A stretch of 63,955 nt of DNA, the filler included, from Octopus bimaculoides (taxonomy: Eukaryota), in NCBI RefSeq assembly GCF_001194135.2. It is 6 parts of 4 records of this genome, joined end to end, with 100 filler letters (N's around TTAATTAATTAA, not from the genome) between each part and the next. Parts side by side here need not be neighbours in the genome. Positions count along the whole stretch, not along the records: positions 37,189 to 53,614 come from NC_069003.1; positions 53,715 to 60,124 come from NC_068986.1; 4 more parts are not named here. The stretch is one strand, 5' to 3'. A program made the position numbers and the translations under genes. The notes under the pieces were generated by a model that saw nothing but the letters and a program-made list of their open reading frames with translations, was not told the DNA's origin and did not search any database. This document shows, in pieces, positions 39,815-53,817 of this stretch; the stretch's first letter is position 1, and every line of letters begins with the position of its first letter.

Positions 39815-39925
39815 AGGCGGAGAGTTGGCAGAAACGTTAGCACTCCGTGTGAAATGGTTATCGATATTTCGTCTATTTTTACGTCTTCAGTTCAAATTCC
39901 GCCGAGGTCGACTTTGCCTTTTATG
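39815..39925 (+). mobile_element. SINE family B 5' part
   Basis: GGCGGAGAGTTGGCAGAAACGTTAGCAC...GTTCAAATTCCGCCGAGGTCGACTTTGCC. Confidence 0.85.
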
Positions 39926-40609
39926 TGAACTTGACGAAATACCGTTCAGTCTTTTACCCGGTCACCGCTCTGTTTCTACTTTTGGTACAAACCAGCAATT
40001 CTAAGGGGGGAATGGTACCTATTTCATCGATCACGAGAAGACGAAAATCAAAGTCGACCTCTCTACCATGGTAGGTGTAGGTTATTCAAACAGCGGTTAA
40101 TCTATTAATTTTTACAGATGGAATCGTGTTAATGATCATGTTAAAATTTCCATCATAAATTCCTTGTCTTGAAGACAGGAAATTTAGCGGTAAATGTGGT
40201 GTTCGGTATCATTAAATAAGGTCTTATGTTCATTAGCTGGAGCAAATGGTGACCTGTACTCTTGAATTTCGAGCCTCATTTCAGTCTTCCTTTGTTTACT
40301 TAGTTGTAATTGACACTATCCGTCCAGTTGTAGGGATAACCACCTTCACTCTCTCACCCCCGCCTCTCTCTCTCTTTTTTTTATTCCGGACATCGATGAT
40401 AAAGAATCTCTTATACTACTCACTAATAAACGAAATGGAAATTGAAGTTCCTGATGCAGTGGCAGACTTCTTTCCCTGCACCTTGAACGGTATGGTATTG
40501 GTAAACTTGTGTCATTTATACTAATGTAGAGATCATCGTGTTTCGTGTAATTATTTAAGTAAATTTAATATTTGTTTGAATTAAAACGTCTTCAACATTT
40601 TGACCATAC

Positions 40610-40677
40610 CTGGTTCGGAAAAACCCTTAATCAGGCAAGGCTTTTGAAGCAAAGGATCCGCATAATCGATGTTGCAC
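40610..40677 (-). CDS. Candidate 68-nt exon (CNIDYADPLLQKPCLIKGFSEP)
   Basis: Acceptor TTCGTTTCCTACAG and donor CAG|GTATGG; only one frame is open. No protein recognised. Confidence 0.4.
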
Positions 40678-42155
40678 CTGTAGGAAACGAATGCACCAAA
40701 CTTCAATGGTTCGTAAGTGACAATTGGCTGTGTTGATGATGGAGTAATTTATCAGTATAATAAGGCATCAGAAGACAGAGCAACGAGTGTTAAAGATTTT
40801 CATCAAAATGTTTTCTATTTTCGGATCTTTGGAACCAAAAGAAGCGTCCACAAATAAATTGGACAACGGTGCTTTGAACTGCAAATATAATGATTACCAT
40901 GATTACCATCACAATGGATCTTTTACTAGACATGCAACCTCCATATTCTAAAACAGTGGGGAAAATTAATCATTTTTATACGTTTTATTTGAAGAGTTTC
41001 AAAGCTCCGGCGAATGCAGAGTTAATATTCCTTATGAATATTCCTTTCATCCAATCATCTTCATTCTATGATTACTTGAAAAAAATTTATGATCCTTTCC
41101 AATATTTAATCTAATAATTAACTTCATAGGGCTTGATTTCCTTTGAATTTGCAAAGCCTTCTGTCTCGGGCTGATGTTAACAAGCACAATCTTTAAACGA
41201 AAGAGCAGTATATGGCTTTTAGGCATGCTTCGGTATTCAGAAGATGCAAATTGTCAAAAGAATATTCCATATTTGTCCTCAATATTAAGTAGTTCAAAAT
41301 CTGGCAGAATTGTTAGCATGCCGGGAAGAATGCTTAACTGCTCTTCGTCCGTCTTTATGTTCTGGGTTCAAATGTATTCCACTCGTCACGTGGAAGGGGG
41401 TACCATTTATTACTATTTAGCTATATCTCCCCTCCGAAGTTTTTTTCTGAGGAAGTGTCATTTTACTTAGCAAAACTATTTTTATTCACCCCACCTCCCT
41501 TATTTAGTTTTTTTTCTTTTTCGAACAATTTCATTGCACCAGTGAACAGAAACGATTGTTGTGATTTTTTATTAAAGCATGTTCATTCCATCTTGTTTTA
41601 TAAATGTTATATATATATANNNNNNNNNNNNNNNNNNNNNNNNNNNNNNNNNNNNNNNNNNNNNNNNNNNNNNNNNNNNNNNNNNNNNNNNNNNNNNNNN
41701 NNNNNNNNNNNNNNNNNNNNNNNNNNNNNNNNNNNNNNNNNNNNNNNNNNNNNNNNNNNNNNNNNNNNNNNNNNNNNNNNNNNNNNNNNNNNNNNNNNNN
41801 NNNNNNNNNNNNNNNNNNNNNNNNNNNNNNNNNNNNNNNNNNNNNNNNNNNNNNNNNNNNNNNNNNNNNNNNNNNNNNNNNNNNNNNNNNNNNNNNNNNN
41901 NNNNNNNNNNNNNNNNNNNNNNNNNNNNNNNNNNNNNNNNNNNNNNNNNNNNNNNNNNNNNNNNNNNNNNNNNNNNNNNNNNNNNNNNNNNNNNNNNNNN
42001 NNNNNNNNNNNNNNNNNNNNNNNNNNNNNNNNNNNNNNNNNNNNNNNNNNNNNNNNNNNNNNNNNNNNNNNNNNNNNNNNNNNNNNNNNNNNNNNNNNNN
42101 NNNNNNNNNNNNNNNNNNNNNNNNNNNNNNNNNNNNNNNNNNNNNNNNNNNNNNN

Positions 42156-42159
42156 TATT

Positions 42160-42191
<32 letters not shown>

Positions 42192-42195
42192 TATT

Positions 42196-42227
<32 letters not shown>

Positions 42228-42260
42228 TATTATTATTATTATTATTATTAATGTTGTTGC

Positions 42261-42306
<46 letters not shown>

Positions 42307-42394
42307 ATTATTGTTATTATTATTATTATTATTGTTATTGTTGTTGTTGGTATGATTATTATTATTATTATCATCATCATCATCATCATCATCA

Positions 42395-42435
<41 letters not shown>

Positions 42436-42530
42436 GTTATTGTTGTTGTTGGTATGATTATTATTATTATTATCATCATTGTTATTGTTGTTGTTGATAT
42501 GATTATTATTATTATTATTATCATATTCAT
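42156..42530. repeat. Compound trinucleotide array (CAT/TAT/TGT)
   Basis: Seen directly; source of the poly-I/M/H ORFs in the track. Confidence 0.95.
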
Positions 42531-43254
42531 TTTATTATTAATGTTCTTAATATCGTTTGTTTTTGTGTTTGTTTTTGTTATTAATGTTATCTCGCAACTA
42601 CAGAAATTCATTACATTTTAGACTGACGCTTTATTTTTTTTTTTTTCTGAAAGAGAGATCTTTGCTCGTTTTACAAAACTGTATCGATTTTGCTGGTTCC
42701 ATATAAAAAATTAATTCGTGCTATTTGGTGGAAATGATTTACCGAGTATTCTTTAAATACAGTAAAATTGTTGGATTTAGACACGAATAGATTCTTTTTT
42801 TCTAAAGAAATCCAGGAAATAAATTCCATAACATGAATTACTAAATTAGATTGCTATCAGAAACACCAATATCTTCATCGAAGTCTGCTACTTTATAGTT
42901 GTGTAATACGTATCAGATTACGTGTTCAATATAAGATATACGTATGAAGCAAGCAAATTGTTTGAGTTGAATAAATAATATTATAAAAGACGAAACGTTT
43001 CGAGACAAGCAAGCTAACGTCGATTCTTCTCGAGTTTCTGGTATAGCAGTTTAGTTTGCTGAGGAAAGACAAGACAAATGGTTCCCATACTTCGGTGCTC
43101 GGACATTTTTGTTAGTGGTTCTCGACACATTTTTGCCTTTGGACCTTTCTGATTCCAAATATTACGGCGGGGTTGGGGTCTTAAAGCCATTCGTTATTTC
43201 AAAAAAGCCTATAATATTTTTATAATTATATTTTATTAGAAATTTTATGACACA

Positions 43255-43659
43255 TTCTTTTACTCTTTTTACTCTTTTACTTGTTTCAGTCTTTTGACTG
43301 TAGCCATGCTGGAGCACCGCCTTTAGTCGAGCAAATCAACCCCAGGACTTATTCTTTGTGAGCCTAGTACTTATTCTATCGGTCTCTTTTGCCGAACCGC
43401 TAAGTGACGGGGACATAAACACACCAGCATCGGTTGTCAAGCAATGCTAGGGGGACAAACACAGACACACAAACACACACATATATATACATATATACGA
43501 CGGGCTTCTTTCAGTTTCCGTCTACCAAATCCACTCACAAGGCTTTGGTCGGCCCGAGGCTATACTAGAAGACACTTGCCCAAGATGCCACGCAGTCGGA
43601 CTGAACCCGGGACCATGTGGTTGGTAAGCAAGCTACTTACCACACAGTCACTCCTACGC
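43255..43659 (-). mobile_element. SINE family A, full length
   Basis: Head, CORE-like segment, internal TA/CA repeat, 3' module and (TACTCTTT)n tail are all present. Confidence 0.92.
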
Positions 43660-43967
43660 ATATATACTTGATTTTTTTTATTACACATGTACATGGTATG
43701 TTCGATCAGGATACCAATTATCACAAACAACAGTACCAGGGAAAATAATAATACGCCATTTTTAACTCTCACAACGTTCTGTTTCAAAGAACTGTTAATG
43801 AAGATAGTTGCTATGCTAATTATTCCACTACAGCCATAAACGTATTCCACAATCATATTTTAAAACTGATTGGCGAAGTGGTTAAGCGCGAGTGATTGGA
43901 TCGGCAATCGTTGTAACTCTGCTTTTAGTTTCTCAATGGAGTGGTCTTCCGTCTCTTTTTAAAATAA

Positions 43968-44232
43968 GACAACGAGCTAGCAAAAGCGTTGGCATGCCGG
44001 GCAAAATGCTTAGTAGCTTTCGTCTGTCTTCACATTCTGAGTTTAAATTCTGCCCGATGTCCACTTTGCCTTTCACCGTCTCGGGTTCGATAAAATATGT
44101 ACCAGTTAAGTACTGGGTCGATGTAATCCCCTGATATTTCTGGCCTTGTGCAAAATTTGAAATTCGTTCGCCTCAAATTCTTTAAGGTGCTGCCCCAGCA
44201 TGGCCTTAATGTAATGACTGACACACGTAAGT
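43968..44232 (+). mobile_element. SINE family B followed by a family A-type 3' tail
   Basis: B head and body, then AAGGTGCTGCCCCAGCATGGCC...ATGACTGACAC. Confidence 0.7.
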
Positions 44233-45216
44233 GCTAAGAAAAGTGTGTGCGTGCGTGTGTGTGTGTATGTGTGTATATACAAGGAAAGAGAGAAGGGGAG
44301 AGGGGGAGAGAGAGGGATAGATGTATATGTATAGGTATATTTGTATATCTGTATGTGTGCGTGCGTGCATGTGTTTGTATATTTTGTATATATATATATA
44401 TATATATNNNNNNNNNNNNNNNNNNNNNNNNNNNNNNNNNNNNNNNNNNNNNNNNNNNNNNNNNNNNNNNNNNNNNNNNNNNNNNNNNNNNNNNNNNNNN
44501 NNNNNNNNNNNNNNNNNNNNNNNNNNNNNNNNNNNNNNNNNNNNNNNNNNNNNNNNNNNNNNNNNNNNNNNNNNNNNNNNNNNNNNNNNNNNNNNNNNNN
44601 NNNNNNNNNNNNNNNNNNNNNNATATATATATGTATATATGTATGTACCTATGTATGTATGTATGTATGTATATGTATGTATATATATATATATATATAT
44701 GTATGTATATATATAGGTATGTATATACATGTAGATATATGTGCGTGTATGTGTATGAATGTGTCTATGCGTGTAATGTATGTGGATATCATTCAGTTTC
44801 TTGTATCAGCTAAGTTGTAAACGATATTCAGCAAAACCATTAAAACGATGCTTCTTTTGATCTATGTTTGCTGTGATCTTCTTGAACGAAATCTGTTGTG
44901 ACCTTCTACAATTATCCCGTCGCACAGACTACAGTTTGTCAATAACCAATGCGTAATACAGTGAACCATTGATTAGACAAAAGAATCCTATAACAAACAA
45001 AGACATTTCTCGTAAAATACATTATTTCCTTTACGTTTTGCTATTTTTTTTTGTAATGTGCTAGAGTATAAAAGGAAGCTGTCAATATTTTGTTCAATGA
45101 ACTGTTGGATGAAGACAAGAAGTCTCAAAACAGAAACCCAGTACTAGTTCTTGCCAATGGTCCAAAATATTTCGTCGTACAGTTAAAGCGAATCACAGAT
45201 TACATCAACTCTACAG

Positions 45217-45386
45217 GAACAAGAGTATTGGCTACGACGTTGTACTTCGCGGATTCTAAAATCAGAATTTCATGCAGAAAGCATTGGTTCGCTCGATCAC
45301 AAATCACTGGCTAAATTTGCTCTGTGGCGATCACGATCTCGGATCCACATCGTTTCGAAGAGGAGTTCTTCACCATTCACCCATGA
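45217..45386 (+). CDS. Candidate 170-nt exon (EQEYWLRRCTSRILKSEFHAESIGSLDHK...)
   Basis: Acceptor CAACTCTACAG, donor GA|GTAAGT, frame 0 open throughout, GC above background. Confidence 0.25.
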
Positions 45387-45763
45387 GTAAGTCAACTGTA
45401 ATTTATATTGGTGCGAAATTTTGACACAAAGTTAGCAATTTTAGGGGAGGGATAAGTCGATTATATCGACCGCAACCGATAGTTATTTCATCAAATGCCA
45501 AAGGATGAAGTCGGCGGACTTCGGACTCAGAGAATAAAAATGGATGAAATGCCGTTAAGTATTAACCATTATCTGGTTTCAACAACTTCGCCATGGTGCG
45601 AAATGCCGAACACTGTGAGGTCTGATGTTTCAATCAAGAAGATAACACGTGCATACACGCATTCAGTACACAGTACACACATACGTATATATGTATGCAT
45701 GTATTTATGTGTGTGCCCGTGTGTATTTGTAAGTGCTAATGATACCTATATATTCATAATAGC

Positions 45764-45795
<32 letters not shown>

Positions 45796-46651
45796 NNNNN
45801 NNNNNNNNNNNNNNNNNNNNNNNNNNNNNNNNNNNNNNNNNNNNNNNNNNNNNNNNNNNNNNNNNNNNNNNNNNNNNNNNNNNNNNNNNNNNNNNNNNNN
45901 NNNNNNNNNNNNNNNNNNNNNNNNNNNNNNNNNNNNNNNNNNNNNNNNNNNNNNNNNNNNNNNNNNNNNNNNNNNNNNNNNNNNNNNNNNNNNNNNNNNN
46001 NNNNNNNNNNNNNNNNNNNNNNNNNNNNNNNNNNNNNNNNNNNNNNNNNNNNNNNNNNNNNNNNNNNNNNNNNNNNNNNNNNNNNNNNNNNNNNNNNNNN
46101 NNNNNNNNNNNNATATATGTACGGAGATGCGTGTGAATATTAATATAGATAAATAGAAAGGAAGAGGCACATACACGCGCACAAAACTTTTGTTATATGT
46201 TAATAGAAGAATGAACTGAATTTGAAACAAGGATCATCATTTAAAACACGTTTCATGCTGGTGATTACACTGAATGTGCGGATGTTGAACCCTTTCTCGG
46301 TCATCGCTAAATATGTAACCATATGTGAATATTAACCCAAGTAATAAATTGTGTCAGCAGCTGTCATATCCGGATAGTATCTGGCTATTTAATCGGTTCT
46401 ACAGTCCGGGTTAATCTTCATAGAAAGGTTTCTTCCAAATTATTCATCACCATTGTTGAAAGGTGAGTTTGCATCGTTCTAGCAAATTATTATCAAATAA
46501 TGTATGGCTAGTACAGTGCTCTATCATATGTATGTATGTATATTCTTCATATTTTCATCTTAATATCACGTTATTTATACTGGCAAAAGAAAAGATGAAA
46601 CATCATATAACGTGCACAAATGTTTCTGCACACACCCTAAATTTCGTACCA

Positions 46652-46694
<43 letters not shown>

Positions 46695-47106
46695 NNNNNN
46701 NNNNNNNNNNNNNNNNNNNNNNNNNNNNNNNNNNNNNNNNNNNNNNNNNNNNNNNNNNNNNNNNNNNNNNNNNNNNNNNNNNNNNNNNNNNNNNNNNNNN
46801 NNNNNNNNNNNNNNNNNNNNNNNNNNNNNNNNNNNNNNNNNNNNNNNNNNNNNNNNNNNNNNNNNNNNNNNNNNNNNNNNNNNNNNNNNNNNNNNNNNNN
46901 NNNNNNNNNNNNNNNNNNNNNNNNNNNNNNNNNNNNNNNNNNNNNNNNNNNNNNNNNNNNNNNNNNNNNNNNNNNNNNNNNNNNNNNNNNNNNNNNNNNN
47001 NNNNNNNNNNNNNNNNNNNNNNNNNNNNNNNNNNNNNNNNNNNNNNNNNNNNNNNNNNNNNNNNNNNNNNNNNNNNNNNNNNNNNNNNNNNNNNNNNNNN
47101 NNNNNN

Positions 47107-47137
<31 letters not shown>

Positions 47138-47742
47138 GCAACTCTCATCTCCAATAATCTCGGGCCGGCCAGTGTCTTGTGATTGGAATTGGTAGACAGA
47201 AACTGAAAGAAGCCCATGTATATACATATACATACGTACATACATACATATGTGTGTGTATGTATGTATGTATGTATGTATGTAGGGGCAGGTGTACTGT
47301 ATGGTGAATTTCGAAGCAAATCGAGCCGCAAAGAATAGCGTGTGAATGTTATAGACGATGTTGGTTCGATTCACACCAGCAAATTTCAACATTTTCAATC
47401 CAATGTTTACATGCTATTACTTATAGATTTATAAGCTTCGTGATTCGACGTTTAATAAAAAAAAAAAAAGGATATATACATAGATTCATATCCAGGTACA
47501 CACAAAAACACACATGCGTTCGCGCCCGCACCTGCGTGTACTAATTATATGAGACGAATTTCCTATTACTCAACACCTTTCGGTGACCGTGTATGAATAT
47601 ATATATATATATATTGGGATTTCATCATCAAACATTGTTTCAAGTAATTGGATATATAAACGAAGTAATTAGTATGTAATAGAGTATCACATGATGCGAG
47701 TCATATCCAATATATTCCAAGAATATACATACATATATATAC

Positions 47743-47799
<57 letters not shown>

Positions 47800-48484
47800 T
47801 GTATGTATGTATGTATGTATGTATATATATATACCCGTTGAGAAATGAAGCCATAATATTACTTTGCTTTTGCCTGTTAGTCATAAACTTGTAATATTAA
47901 AACTAATTTCCACCTAAACACATCTCAATGGCCACGCGCAAGTTAATATTCTAGACTACAGAACTATGTTGTGCGTATCGATGTGCTTAGATGTTAGATA
48001 ACGTCAGATATTAAATACACCTCATACCATATGTGTATATATGTATATATATATATATATATATATNNNNNNNNNNNNNNNNNNNNNNNNNNNNNNNNNN
48101 NNNNNNNNNNNNNNNNNNNNNNNNNNNNNNNNNNNNNNNNNNNNNNNNNNNNNNNNNNNNNNNNNNNNNNNNNNNNNNNNNNNNNNNNNNNNNNNNNNNN
48201 NNNNNNNNNNNNNNNNNNNNNNNNNNNNNNNNNNNNNNNNNNNNNNNNNNNNNNNNNNNNNNNNNNNNNNNNNNNNNNNNNNNNNNNNNNNNNNNNNNNN
48301 NNNNNNNNNNNNNNNNNNNNNNNNNNNNNNNNNNNNNNNNNNNNNNNNNNNNNNNNNNNNNNNNNNNNNNNNNNNNNNNNNNNNNNNNNNNNNNNNNNNN
48401 NNNNNNNNNNNNNNNNNNNNNNNNNNNNNNNNNNNNNNNNNNNNNNNNNNNNNNNNNNNNNNNNNNNNNNNNNNNNNNNNNNNN

Positions 48485-48537
<53 letters not shown>
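48485..48537. repeat. (GA)n microsatellite
   Basis: Seen directly in the sequence. Confidence 0.95.
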
Positions 48538-48540
<3 letters not shown>

Positions 48541-50104
48541 GATTGATAATGGTGACTTATTCATTAATTTTTATATATTCCGAAAACTATTCATAGTAAT
48601 AAGATCGACTAGCATAAATCATAATCAGATCAGAATTGGTTGTATAAAAACAGTTCTTTTCCGTGCCGCTCAAATCACCGAAATTTTTATTGCAGAAATT
48701 ACAATCTTCAACATTAATAACAATTTCGTAATCTTCATCTATCAATTATTTTCACACGTTTAATTATTGCTTTGCACATAGGTACAATAAGCAATTATTG
48801 CTTCAAGTTATTCCACTTTCATGCTAGCAGCCATTTATCCACCGAACATTTCTATAAGATCACACGCTGAACATTTTATGATTATTTTTTGATGTTCAAA
48901 GACAGTTATATTCACTTTACATCTCCCAGTATTTGACAGAGAATTTAAATCATATCTTAGTAGAAATCAAATAATTAGAGCTGATAAATTATTAATAGTT
49001 AGCGATGGTTATATTGTTATTAATTGTGAAGTATGTAGCTTCTGGATTTAATAAAATAAAGTACCAGCTACATACTGACAAGTCGATAGTAGCAAACTTT
49101 TAAACTCTGACTGCAATATCTTGCAATTGAAGATAGCAGTGGGTTTTTTTAAAACCCGCGGCTCTACTTACAATGCAAATCCATCGCTTCATACATGTTC
49201 TGCAAGGTTTGGGGTGAAAGTACAAAGGTTGAATGTCACGGAATCCCGAAGTAGGTCCAGGAGAAGACAAACGTAAATGATTCACAATTGGAGTAGAACA
49301 AACTTTCTTCCACTAAGATTTACATGGGCAGCACCAAATAAATAACAATCACTTAGGAATGAGCTCAGGTTCTAAACCGTTATTTTGCACTGAAATATTC
49401 ACCCCAATTGTTCATATCTAAATAAAATAATAAAAACAACTTACTCTAGCATGTATTCACATGTAAAAATTCGCTCTCGTGAACTTTTGAACCTCAATCC
49501 TGACAGATAAGAAACTCTAATTAAGATGAAAGAATCTGTTCCAAGAGAAGACACACCAATGAAAATCTTGATAATTTGTCAAATGCGTATTCCAATGCAC
49601 TGGTGTGTAAATCGACTAAAAACACTTAAACGAAATCGTGTATAAGATATATAACCTTGTTAAATATAATTGATTAAACATGTATCAAACTCCATAAACT
49701 TCTAAGTATATAACGTGTTGACCATTTTTCAGCGAATTTCCGACGTTGAATGTTTAATGAGATTCACTGAAGATGCTAAAGAGAAAGCTATCAAAATTTG
49801 GTATTCATTAATTATGTTCAGCTACAACACTCGATTAAGAACAATATCAGCTGATATTTGTGTGTTGTGTATATATGTGTATACATATACACATACACAT
49901 ATGAATACGTGTACGTGTAACATGTTTTCGTTGTTGTGCATACATATATATATATATATANNNNNNNNNNNNNNNNNNNNNNNNNNNNNNNNNNNNNNNN
50001 NNNNNNNNNNNNNNNNNNNNNNNNNNNNNNNNNNNNNNNNNNNNNNNNNNNNNNNNNNNNNNNNNNNNNNNNNNNNNNNNNNNNNNNNNNNNNNNNNNNN
50101 NNNN

Positions 50105-50176
<72 letters not shown>

Positions 50177-50622
50177 GTATCCGTATACATATCCATCTTT
50201 ATTAGCTAAAATCGATATATAAATTTCATATATCAAATTTCACACTTATTTCGTAACGGTTCGTGTATACACAATGTGGTCAATTCTGTATGTTATGGAA
50301 AAGAATTGTTCAGCCAATTCCAATTCTAGGAATGATGATTAATCACCATTTGATGTACTCAGTTTTATGATAGGCAGACATTTTAACTTGCTATACAAAC
50401 ACATATGCTTAATAAATGAAATTACGAGTGTCTTCGTCGCCATCGACGATGGACTGAACGATAATCTTTTTAATTCAAGAGAATCGGAAAAAGCTGTTTG
50501 GGGTGGAGACACTGTCAACATATAATGATTTTAATATTACAATAAATAATAATATTATTTAAAATTTTGACACAGTTCCAACAATATTGTTTTCTACTTT
50601 GGGCACTAGGCCCGACATTTTT

Positions 50623-50654
<32 letters not shown>

Positions 50655-50694
50655 TTACTACTACTACTATTATTATTATTATCATTATTATTAA

Positions 50695-50900
50695 GGCGGC
50701 GAGCTGGGAGAATCGTGGGCACGCCGGGCAGGATATCTAGCGGCATTCCATCCGTCCTTACGTTCTGATTTTTTCAAATTCCGCCGGGGTTGACTTTGTC
50801 TTTCATCCTTTCGGGACTGTAACTTAAGCACCAGTTGCGTACTGGAGTCGATCTAATCAACTGGTCACTCATCCAAATTTTGCCTTTAGTAGAAAAGATT
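50695..50900 (+). mobile_element. SINE family B inserted after a (TAC)n/(TAT)n array
   Basis: GGCGGCGAGCTGGGAGAATCG...TTCAAATTCCGCCGGGGTTGACTTTGTCTTTCATCCTTTCGGG. Confidence 0.85.
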
Positions 50901-53329
50901 ATTGTTGTTGTTGTTGTTGTTGCTTTCGTTTTGTTGTTGTTGTTATTTTTATTGTTCTTGTTCTAGTTATTTTTACGTTTCAGTGATACCGGTCTGGACA
51001 TTAAGAGACGTAGAATGTGTGCACTAAAAATAGAAGCAACGTGTGTAGTAAAAGGCACTTTTGCAACGGTTGGAAATCATACTGTCAAAAGCACGGCCAA
51101 GGTCCCGGAGCATACAAATATGCACATTATACTCTTTTTTACAAAGTTCTCTGCTGAGCACACCAGCCTTACATTATATAGAATACTGTCAATATAACCC
51201 AACAGAGCACTGCACACACCCAAGGGGCACAGGCTTTGCTTGCACGTGTAATTAATGTATGAAAGAAAAATACAAAAGACAGCTAGAAGCGATAATGCAT
51301 TAATTTTAGGCATTTAATTTAAATAACTGTGCATTTTGTTTAGATCGTGATTCTTGTCTAGAGGTAACACCAGAGATTTGTGATTTCAGAGAAGAAACAT
51401 ATACTGGAAAATGATTCCTTTCTAAATACTTAATGATCATTTCCTGTTTGCTTTATATTTTTTTTTTTCATTCGTAGAACGAAAATAGGAAATGAACACT
51501 GCCATGCTGGGGGGTTAAAATGGCGTATTGGTTTTGTTTCATTGTCAGTTAATTCCTTTTCCCGTTAACCCTAATGTTAAACATATCTTAACGACCTAGC
51601 ATTTCCTGAGAATTTTCTTCCTGTAGTCAGTATTTCATTCGCTGTGATCAGCACCTTGTTTTTTTTTTTTTTTTTTCGTATTTTCATCATTACAAAGTGA
51701 CACCATTCACAACGGAAAATAACAAAATAACGAATAACAGGAAGATGTTATGTTTCGGGGTTTCATAAATGCGTAGGAACATGATAGTTCGTGTGGTAAG
51801 TGATTTAATGCTTGAATAACGCCAACATATATTCAAAAAAAGTGTATCATATTTCATCAGCTTGAAGTGATGGAATGAAAGAGGAAATTTTTTGAATGGT
51901 GGGTTTTATCAGAAGGGAACCGAAGAAAATGCATTTCTTAAGTTGCATCTAATTTCAACGATGACAATCATGAAAATAAAATAAGATCTGCGTAACAACA
52001 GATTGTTATCCACCGCATTGAAATGTTTTCACAAATATTGTTGTTGTTGCTGGTGTTGTACCTCAGGTCAGTTCTGGTTGAGCAACATATATTCGTGAAA
52101 TAAAACACCAATGTAGTGTGGGCATGTATGCGTACGTGCCTGCGTGTGTGTGTATGTATGTATATATGTACGTATGCATCAGTCGGAATTTGAAAGGTAC
52201 AGGGTTCGTTTCTCTGTACTGGCTTGCTAGCCACTTTTTCCATCTTCTAAAGATATTTACCCGATTTTCTGAGTTATTTTCACAACTATTCTGCGTTCGA
52301 GTTTTATTCTGCTTTCTGTATATTATCAACTCACTCACCGCTTCAATGTTTGTTTATGATAAAGTTCTCACATTCCAAACGCTATTATTTGCAGTTTTAA
52401 AGGAAGTTACAGGAGTTACAATGGTACAGAGCACTAAACCGATTTTCAGAAGTAGAGATTTCGATTCTCTTAAAAACTCTTATGTTGTAAAAAGCTTACA
52501 AAATGCAGTGATATATGAGTGTGNNNNNNNNNNNNNNNNNNNNNNNNNNNNNNNNNATATATATATATATATATATATAAAGTTAAAACTTACTTGCAAA
52601 GATGACGCGTGCGTTCGATCATGTAATAATACAGATAATATGTGAGTATATGCATATATACGTACATGTATGTATATACCTACATCTACATGTATATATA
52701 GAGGCATATCTGGGTACAGGACGTCTCAAAAAAAACGTGGACAAAATGAAACACAGAACTTAAACAGAGTACAGAAAACACACAGGCTACAGTTAAATGA
52801 CTGAAAGAAGTATACGAATAAAAGTGTAATATATGTATGTATGTGCGTATGAACATGCGTGTATGTGTGTGTGTATATATGTGTGTGTGAATGTATGCGT
52901 ATTTGAAAAACTTTTCGTTAAAATTTATCTAATAAAATTATCTATGGAATAGACCAACAAGAAATCTAGATGTCTCTGGGTCTTTTAAGATTCTTTAGAT
53001 AAATCTTAATTAAAAGATTTTCAAATATTGTGATAAGTGATTGTATAGTAGACATTTTATTATTCCTAAAATATATGTAAATATACACACCGACAAACAT
53101 ACATACATATATATATATTGGAGATTATTTTTCTTAATTAATCGAAAGATAATTAATATTATGTGTCAGTATATGCAAAAGTAGACTTGAATGAGTTTCT
53201 GACTGTTTGATAATTTCCATGGACAACACTCCCAGTCGTTCAGTCGCTATTTAACTACTCCATTCAAAATAACACATACACAGAAACACATACACACACA
53301 TGCACACCTTTTGTAAACCTCCTTTATCA

Positions 53330-53563
53330 TCCTTTTTTACCTTACTTTCCTTCACCTACCGTCTCTTCGTACTCTGGATGTTCCTAATCTGTCTTCTCTA
53401 ATCTGCACCTCTCCGTGTTTTTCTCCTTGTCTCCGTATTCTTTCTGTTGAAGAGCGTAGCTCGAAACGTCAAAGACTTTCCGTATTCCCGAGCGTCATAC
53501 TAATATATACTTTTGTTATTTACACCACCTGTCCTCGTCTGTTGTTATTTTTTGTATAATCTC

Positions 53564-53568
<5 letters not shown>
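53330..53568 (+). mobile_element. Penelope-like terminal segment with a hammerhead-like motif
   Basis: TTGAAGAGCGTAGCTCGAAACGTC at 53447-53470 in a pyrimidine-rich context typical of PLE 3' ends. Confidence 0.55.
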
Positions 53569-53614
<46 letters not shown>

Positions 53615-53714
53615 NNNNNNNNNNNNNNNNNNNNNNNNNNNNNNNNNNNNNNNNNNNNTTAATTAATTAANNNNNNNNNNNNNNNNNNNNNNNNNNNNNN
53701 NNNNNNNNNNNNNN
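53615..53714. other. Artificial contig-joining spacer
   Basis: N44-TTAATTAATTAA-N44. Confidence 0.95.
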
Positions 53715-53754
53715 TATATATATTACATGTCTGTATATATAAATGATGATGATG

Positions 53755-53815
<61 letters not shown>

Positions 53816-53817
<2 letters not shown>

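Noticed and set aside
49172-49417. Minus-strand exon between a strong acceptor and a GTAAGT donor
   Set aside because: All three frames stop early; shorter alternative exons cannot be chosen between without transcript data.
51040-52420. Exon-like or signal-peptide-like ORFs on the minus strand
   Set aside because: Alternative frames give DLGRAFDS and VWNVRTL, which resemble LINE RT and endonuclease motifs, so decayed LINE is at least as likely; support is too weak either way.
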